The translations under genes were made by a program, and so were the position numbers. Source: Macrostomum lignano (taxonomy: Eukaryota). Taken from it: a DNA stretch of 64,000 nt. The DNA lies in assembly GCA_002269645.1 (NCBI GenBank), contig NIVC01001091.1, positions 186,001-250,000 on the forward strand. Reading direction: 5' to 3'. The number at the start of each line of letters is the position of its first letter. Position 1 is the first letter of the stretch. Shown in pieces: positions 30,906 through 41,200 of this stretch. The notes beneath the pieces are model-generated. The model ran no database searches and was not told where the DNA came from. It saw only the letters and a program-made list of their open reading frames with translations.

Positions 30906-31699
30906 GTGCTGTTTAAGGCACCGAGAAGAGGTGTTTGCTAAGGCTCTGTAAGTGGCACTGTATGGGGCACTATTTAGACGTTGCTAAGGAACGCGCTTCT
31001 ATATTCGCCTAAAATGGTGTCAATGTGTCAACGGTGTCAGCCTTAGTTTGCCAATGGCAACAACATCGATTGTAATGACAGTGGCACTTCCAGGGCATAG
31101 TTGGATATTAACATGAGCACAATTTTTACAAGAGCACAAGAACAGTTTTTCTTGCCTTTCCAAGTTTTCTTTGTCACTTTGCTGTATGGTTAATTATCAA
31201 GCATTTGGTCTGGTCATTTCGAGTATCGGGGAGAAGGGGGGTTCTTATCTAGATAAGCTAATGCAGCTAAAAGTGCCATTGGGGTGGAATCCAGCATATA
31301 GTCATATTTTGATAGTCGAACTATATTTATATCAAGAATGACTTGTTGTGTGTGAGACTTTATCGGCTTTAAAGCAGATTGATTGCATCATTGCTTCTGG
31401 CAATGATGGCAGAACTGCGGGCAAACACAGTATATATAGATAGATGCAGGAAATGTCACACACACCGCTCATATGCTATGGACAGACGGAGAGCCTCAAC
31501 TTTTCTTATTCCTTTTGGCTAAAAATGATTAGACAGACAGAAATAGAGCTGCAGTGTAACCTGTTGCGCAATGCTCAAGAGATAGGTAGAGCAGTATTTA
31601 GATTGCCCTGCATTGCTCTATGATTTTAGTATATACCTTCAACTGATATGAGCAGCAGTTTGGTCTGCACCACAGTCACAGATACTAAAATAACTAGCT

Positions 31700-32230
31700 A
31701 GATCGGCCACTCAAGGCATATAGATGATATAGGCTTAGTAAAACAACTTTCAGTTCAGTAGCAAATAAGAATGCATAAGCTATTTTATAAAAATGTATAA
31801 GAAAGGCAGCTAAGATGACTTTGATAAGTTTAGAAGCCAAGCTTGCAGACGTTAAACAGCTTGCTAATTGGTTCAGCAATAATGTACATTAGCCAGTCCA
31901 CTGAAATGTACATGCCAGCTTTAGGCTGGAATTCCGAGAAAGGCAATAAAAATTGGGGCGGGGCGGGACGTAGTGTGGAAAGGCGCGATTGGAGGGTTTA
32001 AGCTAGGGGCGGGGGGCAGAGTCAATAAATAAGCATTGGCTGTAAAAATACTTTTAAAAGTGCTTCTGTTTAACTTACTACTGAACTGAAAGTAGCTTAC
32101 ACGCAACTGTGCTGAGTGGCCCATCCAGTTATTCTCGTATCTGCGGTCTGCACTCAGCGACTGTTTCAGTTTAGAATTCACTCGGTTTTTCTTTGTCAGC
32201 AACATCAGTTGAAGAACAGTTTATTTGTTC
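31700..32230. mobile_element. Two oppositely oriented 3' ends of one short retroposon (SINE/LINE-tail) family
   Basis: ACTTTCAGTTCAGTAG (31746-31761) is the exact reverse complement of 32078-32093, and both copies carry GGCCACTCA upstream. A third, more diverged copy lies at ~41660-41720 with a (TAAG)n-type tail. Confidence 0.5.
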
Positions 32231-32489
32231 GTGCCTTAAAAGATTTCGGTTTCTATCAATGCTACTTGTAGTAGTTCAGTTTAAACATTAATTGCTGGAT
32301 TTATATATTTTAAAAAAAACCTTGAACGCAAAGAAGGTAAATACCGTATTATTGTAAAAAGCAATTATCTTTTAATAGCAAATTTTATTATTTAATAGGC
32401 ACCCCCCAGAAGCAATGTGGAGAAGCAGCCTCATTCAATATGCATAATTGTTTACTAAACTGAAGACTCATATGGACGTATACGCACAT

Positions 32490-33065
32490 ACATATTCAAG
32501 CGGGCTAGTCCATATACATATGCGTATACAAGCCAACAAGTCCATATACATATGCATGTACAAGCCAACAAGTCCATATACATATGCGTATACAAGCCAA
32601 CAAGTCCATATACACATGCATGTACAAGCTAACAAGTCCATATACACATGTATGTACAAGCCAACAAGTCCATATACATATGCATGTACAAGCCAACAAG
32701 TCCATATACACATGCATGTACAAGCTAACAAGTCCATATACACATGCATGTACAAGCCAACAAGTCCATATACATATGCGTATACAAGCCAACAAGTCCA
32801 TATACACATGCATGTACAAGCTAACAAGTCCATATACACATGTATGTACAAGCCAACAAGTCCATATACATATGCATGTACAAGCCAACAAGTCCATATA
32901 CACATGCATGTACAAGCTAACAAGTCCATATACACATGCATGTACAAGCTAACAAGTCCATATACATATACATGTACAAGCTAACAAGTCCATATACATA
33001 TACATGTACAAGCTAACAAGTCCATATACATATACATGTACAAGCTAACAAGTCCATATACATGT
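32490..33065. repeat. Minisatellite, 32-bp unit (TACAAGCCAACAAGTCCATATACACATGCATG)
   Basis: About 18 copies. Confidence 0.95.
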
Positions 33066-33187
33066 GGAGTCCGAGTTAGTCTTCAAAATAAGATATGCGT
33101 GCATTTGAAAATTAATACTTTTCTAGATAACTGCATGTTGGCCTACTCACAAGTAGTAAAAAGCTGCTTATTGGCCATCCTAGTGCT

Positions 33188-33230
33188 AACCAATCGCTGA
33201 CAGTTTTCGCGCATATTTACGAATATAAAA
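33188..33230 (+). promoter_or_regulatory. CCAAT box plus TATA box (TATAAAA 33224-33230) upstream of the GPCR
   Basis: AACCAATCG at ~33188 and TATAAAA about 100 nt upstream of ATG 33332. Confidence 0.55.
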
Positions 33231-33331
33231 GTGCTCAGCGCGGCGGATCGGAAAGCCGCCCACTCGCCTTAAGGAGTTTTTTAGCCTGTTGCCATCGCTC
33301 TGGGGAGACTTTCATCAGAGGCGACAAACTG

Positions 33332-34474
33332 ATGGATCCACTGACCGGTCAGCCAGCCAATCTGTGCTCCACCAACTGGAGCTTCGAAGAGAATGGAACC
33401 GCCGCTGATGCCGCGGCTTTCACCGCCGCCGGCTCCGTCTCGGTGCTAATCGCGGCAGCCGGCGCGGCCGCCAACTTCGCCGCTCTGGCAGCCTGGCGCG
33501 GCAGCGGCGGCCCCCGGTGCCGCCTGCACGCCGCCCTGGTGGCCAACCTCGCCCTCGCCGAGCTGATCCTCGCCCTTACCACTCCGCTGACCTGGCTGCG
33601 GAGCCGCCCGACCGTGGCAGCGCCTTCCGTCGCCGTCGCCCTCGCCCTGGACCTGATCCTCGGCTACGCCCAGTCCGCGCCAGCCCTGGCCGCCATCGCC
33701 ATCGCCCTGGACCGGGCGCGCCTCGCCTTCCGCCGGGGTCGCCCGTCTACAACGTCGATCGACGCGTCGTCTCGCTCGCCGGCCTGTCGCCTGTGGCCGC
33801 TGCTCGTCGCTTCGCCGTGGTTGTTCAGCGCCGTCCTGCAGGCGCCAGTCGCCTGCGCTCTCAGCGCCGCTCTGGCCGACGTAGACGCCGCCGTCGTCCT
33901 TCGCCTGTGGCGCTGCCAGTGCCTGCTGTCCAGCTGCGAGTTCCTCGCCGCTTTATTCGCCCTCGCCGTCTGCAACTTCGTCATCGGGCGTCGAATCGGG
34001 CGCGGCAGCAAGAGACTTCAGCCTCCTCATCTGCCCGGAGTCTGGGAGCTGCGCGTGCATCATCAGAGCCAGCTGCAGGGCGACTCCTCCCGTCGCCTGT
34101 TCTGCCGATTTTCCTCCTCGGCCGCCTCGTCATCCTACGCGGCAGCCAGCGCTGCTGGTGCGTCGTCTTCAACCGAGCCGCAGCGTCGGCAACTTCGTCG
34201 AGCCATGCGCGCCCTGGCGCTGCTGGTGCCGCTGTTCGCCGCCTGCCGAGCGCCTCTGGCGTCGTTTGCCTTCGCCGATTGGCTCAGAGGCAGCGCTGGC
34301 ATCTTCTGTCCATCCAGCCTCCAGCTGGGCCGCCTGTACACTGAGCTGCTGACTCACCTGGCCAGCGTGCTGGAACCCCTGGTCTACGCTGATCGGCGTT
34401 GCACCGCGCGTGCCCGACGATGCTGCCTGGCTGGTGCTCAGCAACAGTCGCGCCCTACGCCTGCCGCTGTCTGA
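33332..34474 (+). CDS. Intronless, divergent rhodopsin-like (class A) GPCR, orphan
   Basis: 380 aa with multiple hydrophobic segments and ordered class A landmarks: N-terminal NWS/NGT sequons, ANLALAE (TM2), IALDRA (TM3), PWLFS..LQAP (TM4), FAACRAP (TM6), SVLEPLVYA (TM7). GC-rich coding-like codon use. Confidence 0.75.
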   Translation: MDPLTGQPANLCSTNWSFEENGTAADAAAFTAAGSVSVLIAAAGAAANFAALAAWRGSGGPRCRLHAALVANLALAELILALTTPLTWLRSRPTVAAPSVAVALALDLILGYAQSAPALAAIAIALDRARLAFRRGRPSTTSIDASSRSPACRLWPLLVASPWLFSAVLQAPVACALSAALADVDAAVVLRLWRCQCLLSSCEFLAALFALAVCNFVIGRRIGRGSKRLQPPHLPGVWELRVHHQSQLQGDSSRRLFCRFSSSAASSSYAAASAAGASSSTEPQRRQLRRAMRALALLVPLFAACRAPLASFAFADWLRGSAGIFCPSSLQLGRLYTELLTHLASVLEPLVYADRRCTARARRCCLAGAQQQSRPTPAAV

Positions 34475-34712
34475 CTGTCACTCTCAATGGTCTGACTGTC
34501 ACTCTCAGTGGTCTGAATGTCACTCTCAGTGGTCTGACTGTCACTCTCAATGCTCTGAATGTCACTCTCAATTGTCTGATTGTCACCCTGATGGTCTGAT
34601 TGTCACTCTCAAAGGTCTTATGTCACTCCCAATGGTCTGACTGTCACTCTAAATGGTCTGACTGTCACTCTAAATGGTCTGACTGTCACTCTAAATGGTC
34701 TGACTGTCACTT
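34472..34712. repeat. Minisatellite, 21-bp unit (TGACTGTCACTCTCAATGGTC) starting at the GPCR stop codon
   Basis: Direct reading; a related 15-bp TGTGTCACTCTCCGG array lies at ~34925-35000. Confidence 0.9.
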
Positions 34713-35799
34713 TCAATTTCTGACCAAAGAAAGGACTTACTAAAAAGCGGCGTCTTCTAGAATTTATGCCATTCGTGTGTGTAAAATTCTGAGATGTTAA
34801 GTAGTCCTTGGGTCTGACGGTCACTCTCTCCAGATTGACGATCAATCTTTCGGGTTTAAGTGTCTCTCTTACCGACATGACTGTCACTCCCAGTAGTTAG
34901 ACTAGCACTCTCTGTTACTTTCTGGTGTGTCACTCTCCAGTGTGTCACTCTCCGATGTGTCACTCTTCGGTGTGTCACTCTCCGGTGTGTCACTCTCTCC
35001 GGGTTTGGCTGTTACTTCCCCAGAGCTTAACGTTTGACGACTTTTGTAGCTCCCGAAGCTGTAATAGTAATAAAAGTTATTTTAATCCAATTTTCTAAGA
35101 GACATCGCCCTGCATTCCACAAATCCTAACAATAGGATTATTTTCACATGATTAAATACTCGTTTGTCGAAGAATTCCTGTTTACTCGCTTTTGCATTAC
35201 TTTTTCATCACATTTTTTCTTCAATTTTTATCATAGATTTAAATCTCGGTTATATTTTTTGCGACGTTTTGTAGTTTTGTTTAAAACGAGCCATACGCTC
35301 GTATAGTTACGCTATTTTTCTCTAGAATTTGCACTTTTAGCACTTTTGGAAAATCGATTTGTTAATTAGAAATTGTTTCACTAATTTTTTCTAGTATACA
35401 ATTTTTTAGATGCGATTACTTTATTTATTAGAACAATTTCTTAGAAATATTTTACGCCTAGATCTGAATTATTAATTTTATGTATGCTATAAGCTAACTT
35501 TAAATTTAATTCAATTTATTAATGCTTAGATTGAATTTTACTAAACTTTATTTTTGTGACATGGATCTTGCGTTGCAGTGTCAATCATTATCGATCTATT
35601 TTGGCTTTATAAATCTTTTTAATTTACATCATCTGCGCTATATTGTTGTTAGAATTCTGTTTGTATTGCAATAGAATGCTTAGTCAAATATAATAGTTTA
35701 AAACATATGTTTAGCTATATGTTTTAGTTATGTTTTGTGAAGCAAAAGATATTCAGGATTTGTCCAAGGGAACTTGGTTTGTCTTTTGCTAATCTTTCA

Positions 35800-36418
35800 G
35801 TGTTCAGTTGGACTGAATCGCTGCATCCTTGATCCATCAGTTGGACTGAATTGCTGCATCTCTGATCCATCAGTTGGACTGAATTGCTGCATCCCTGATC
35901 CATCAGTTGGACTGAATTGCTGCATCCCTGATCCATCAGTTGGACTGAATTGCTGCATCCCTGATCCATCAGTTGGACTGAATTGCTGCATCCCTGATCC
36001 ATCAGTTGGACTGAATTGCTGCATCCCTGATCCTTCAGTTGGACTGAATTGCTGCATGTAGCTGCATCCCTGATCCTTCAGTTGGACTGAATTGCTGCAT
36101 CCCTGATCCTTCAGTTGGACTTGAGTTGCTGCATCCCTAATCCTTCAGTTGGACTGAATTGCTGCATCCCTGATCCTTCAGTTGGACTGAATTGCTACAT
36201 GTAGCTGCATCCCTAATCCTTCAGTTGGACTGAATTGCTGCATCCCTGATCCTTCAGTTGGACTGAATTGCTGCATCCCTGATCCTTCAGTTGGACTGAA
36301 TTGCTGCATCCCTGATCCTTCAGTTGGACTGAACTGCTGCATCCCTGATACTTCAGTTGGACTGAATTGCTGCATCCCTGATCCTTCAGTTGGACTGAAT
36401 TGCTGCATCCCTGATCCT
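35800..36418. repeat. Minisatellite, 33-bp unit (CATCAGTTGGACTGAATTGCTGCATCCCTGATC)
   Basis: About 18 copies. Confidence 0.95.
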
Positions 36419-38215
36419 AAAATTTTAGTCTATGGCAAAAGCCCTTACTGCATCACACCAGGATTATCCAAGCCTGCCAATTTGAAACGCAAAAGTCTAA
36501 GTTAGCAGTTTCGAAGGCTTTTCTCTGCAAATGCAGATTGCTAAATAAAGCACCTGCCACCTGGCTAACAGATTATGCAGATGAAGCAGAGTTATGCTTT
36601 ATATTTAGATTTTCGTGTCTTGTCATAACCCGCAATTTGTTGCGACAAAAGAATTACGCCGAACTCCCTCGGGCAACGCAACAAAACAAAGAAGACGAAT
36701 AAAAGTTGCAAAATTAGTGCTCAGCTGCTTCAGAGACAAGCAAAGTAATAATAGCAGGCTGCAGCGACTTGTCTTTCCGTGTAATTGACGCTATTTAAAC
36801 CCGAGCTGCTCTGCCGCCTCACGCTGCAGCCTCGCGAGCTCAATGCCGATCGGCCTCTGCAAAGCTGACTATATCTTCTCGGCTGAGATTCTCGGCTAGT
36901 TGAGCGTGACCATTTATGGCAAAGACTGTCAAAGCCAAGTTCGGGGCTCATCTTACTCTGAACTCGTGCATGGAATTTAGTTCCATATTTGTCTCTCTGT
37001 GAGCCGTGCAGCTATAGCACGCCATGTAATTATTTAACTGCAATAGTTGACGCGTATAAAAAGCGTAAATCGCATGTAACTCAAAATTTGCAGTGCCAAA
37101 TATACTTCTCTGCAAATCACCGATGGACGACATATAGCACTTTTAATTAGCTAGAATCACGATTAATTCATGTAATATACAGTGTAGTAGATTTCCATTT
37201 ATGGAATACTTGACGGAGTAAATCTTGACGGACGAAGATTATACTTTCGTATAAGATGACCATATTTACATGTACGAAATACCAAATTCTTCCTGGCCTA
37301 AATTATTGAGCTCTTGCAATACTGAGATAGATCGAACTAAATTATACTGTTGTGTAGCTAAACTCAACTAGTCAACTCAACTCAGCTAAACGCTTACACT
37401 CAACGCCTCGCTGGGCGCGTATCTTATACATGTACCAGTGCATACATGTATTTTGCACGTACAGATAGGGCTAGATCTCGGATATCTCGGTTATAGATCT
37501 CGGAAGGGTTCAGTCATGACTTTGTATCGGTAAATTTTTACTTATATATTTTAACCCCATGTACGTGTACAATATGTATCTTGATTAATCGTGTACACGA
37601 AATTAACCCGTTTAAAAAAGATCCAAGGGCCATCTGAAATATAAGTAAAGCTTTCAAGAAGCTTTCAAGATAGATCCTTACGATAAAAAATATTTTAGAT
37701 GAAAGATTATCAAGATGATTGTATTTGCGCGAACTTTACAGCAACAAAGTAAAACAAATAATATTTTACTCTTTTATAGAATAAAACGTCAAAAGTACAT
37801 ACAGATATGTTCTTTCGTTTAAAATTATTGTTTAAAAGTAGAGAATACATAGAAAAACCAATTTTATGCTCCACATAAGATGAATTTAAATTCGATAAAA
37901 ACTTTCGAAATCGGGACGCGACCACGTCTCGTTCATTCAATGGCCGATACAATACGTCAATTAGCTTGCCCCCTGAGTGTATATTGTATAACAGCCACAA
38001 CACAACTATCAGTATCATCTCTACTTATAATAAGCCTATCAATACCACTGCTACGTCTCAGGACTGCTGTCAGTCTCATATAATCAGTAGTTATATCTAA
38101 CGCAGCTTTTTATATCGAAAATAAGAAATTTCGATCGCTGGCTATTTTATTAGCTAGATAAAGTTGCTAGTATGATTTTCATCAATATGATTTTTTAAAA
38201 CAATAATTTGTTTGC

Positions 38216-41200
38216 ATGTCCAAGAAAGCAATGAGTGAGATAGGTCCACCACAAAATTTTATCTATCCATTGGAAAAGATTCTAAATTGTGCAGGTGTTG
38301 TTCCTGGTGATGATGTTTTCACCCATGAAAGAGACATGTGTGCTAGAAGAAAAACAGCACAAATAATTCAGCAGATTGGTGTAGGTCTAAAATGGTAAGT
38401 AAGCAAGCATAAAATTAACACAATGACAATATTTTATTTTTATTTGCTTTTGTAGAAAAATAAGTTTGTTGTTATGTATTCAATATTTTTATACAGTTGT
38501 TATTGTTACAATGACTATTGAAATAGCACAATAGCAAAAGGTAGCAATTTTTGGCACTATTGTTTGGCAAATATAAAAAACCTTTGAAACCTTTAGCAAC
38601 ATATTCAAAGTCAAGCAACTATGTATAAAGACACTAAAACAATTTCAAATGTTTCAAATTTCAATTTTTTATTACTTTTTCTATTAGAACCTAATGAAAT
38701 AAAAACTTAAGATCTTATTAGAAAAATTCTATCAAGTAGTAAAAACTTATAGCATTTTTTTATATTTTAATTTTCAATGAGACTTGATGTTTAAAAGTTT
38801 TTTTAAAGCAAAATTAGAGCCTTTTTGGATAAATACATTATAAGACAAACCAAAATTCCAAAAAATTATAACTTAAATATTATAACTTTTCGTTATTAGA
38901 ATAAAGTTTATAAATAAAATGTAAAAATGTTTTTATCATTCATTTGTAATAGATTAAATATTAAAAACCTAAATTTTAAACTTAAAATCTCATTTGATGT
39001 CTTTTTTCTTTGTTAAGTCATATGGCTAGTGTAAATCAAGGGGTTGCATATCTACAAATTATATATAAATTATATAGCAAAATCAAAAAATCAGGGACAA
39101 GTTTTTTGAATAACTTGTTTTTTAGCAATTTGAAAGTAATGAAGCTATAAAATAAATTTATTTAAGTTTTTAAAAGTTAGAACTTACTTACCACTAATAG
39201 GGGGCATAGGTGCCATAAATAGGCTGCAAGGCCTATCGCAACCCCAAGATAAAAAAGCACAAGGATTAACCTTGGGGGGTGTACTTAGTCCCTGCCAGTA
39301 GTTGGCAGGTTTGCAATGGAGGCATCGGCAACCCTCATCTAGCCAGAGTCCCAGACAAAGGCACGAAGGTCACGGATATTGTCTGGGGTGGTCAGCTCGT
39401 CCATCTGCTAGGGGTGGCCAAGGTATTTGTGCTGCGCCTCATTGAAGTAAGGGTAGAAAGTGATATGATGCTCCATGGTCTCTTCTCCTATGCCACAGAA
39501 AGGCAGGTGGGAAGGCAACTGGTTTGCAACAAGATATGTTTCTAGAAGAATCCATGGCTGGTTAGGGCTATGCATATCTCCCTGAATAATAAGATACTTA
39601 AAGTTAGAAACATCTATAAAAGTACAAATTATTCACATATAGCCCTATTTTTAATAAAATGATTTGTTAAAATGGTAAATTAAATTATGACTCAATGACT
39701 AATAAAATGATAGAAAAGCTCTTATAATGTATTTAATAACTTTAAGTATCTTATAATATTATATTCTATATTGCTACAACATATTTACCATTCTTTTAAA
39801 GAGTTTATTTGTTTATCACCTTTGTTACTATTGACAATGTGTATTTTGTAGAGTTTGTTTGCAATAAATACTGTACTCAACATAAGTTTATTATTTAAGC
39901 ATACAACTTCCCATAAGGATCAGAAAATTGCATTTTACTTAGTGTCCACTGAAGGGATTTGGAAAATTCTTTTTTTCCTGCATACACGCTGCGATGATAT
40001 ATATTTAAGTGTAATTTCATTGTTCTTTGTCGCTTAATAAGCATATAGTAAGCATCTGATTTGGAAGCTAGGTAGCACATTGGAATTCCCATAAGGATTG
40101 TAAAATTGCATTTTACTTAGCTTCTACTGAAGCAATTAGCAAAATTCTTTTTTTTTTCCTGCATATATGCTGCAATAATACATATTTAAGTATCATTTCA
40201 TTCTTCTTTGTCACTTCATAAGCTTACAAGAAGCATTTGATTTGGATGCTAGGTTTACATTTTATGGTAGAAATGCTCGTTTAATAAATAATAGAGAAAT
40301 GAAGGTCAGCACCAACATATAAGTAAATAATTATTATAGCCAACATTTTTCGACACAAGTGGTCCATAAGTTAGCTATAAGCCTAAAATATATTTAAGTT
40401 CTTTGTAGAAAAATACTTTTTGCCATTTTTTGCTATATCTAATGGCTTTAATTCCTTTTTCCTTCTATATTAGACATAATTTACCATATTAAAATTTGTT
40501 TTTTTTTCATATTAGTAACAACAAAGGTAACCTATTGAAACTGTAATAATAGTGGGAATTTGTCAAAATTTTAAATATATATTTAAATGTTAAAGATAGA
40601 AACTTATATTTCTATAAAATGGTGATAGAATTTTGTTTATTTTGATTCTAATAAAAGCCAGATATTTATAGAAAAAGTATTTTTCTATAAATTTTTTTTT
40701 CTCTTTTTAGTTTATACTAGCGCATTAAGCCCCTCCTTGTGGTGGCATTAAAATTCAAAATTCAATCATTAAAAGCATTAAAAACATTGTTTTTGAATAT
40801 TTGACCTATTTTTAAAGTTCCAATTATGGTATAAGTTTTATATATTAATTTGCTAAATGAATATGAATTAATTGGGCTCATTAAATACTGCCCCTATCTG
40901 CAATTGTGCCACTTTATATGTGTTATAAAATAACACAAACAAGTTCAGAGCAGATTCGGGGGTTAATGAAAAATTGCATTGCATTGCAAAGTTATTCATT
41001 TATTATATTTGCTTTTTTCTGTACAATTCTAAAAAACTATAGTTTAATAACTAACTCCCAACACATTTTATATATATAACTATTTGCTATCTATTAATTG
41101 TTAACAAATAGAATAAGCTACTTGCTACTAATTCCACTATACTAACAAATGGCTCATCTAATTTTCATAAAACTTAAGTTACTTAACCATTTAATTAGAA

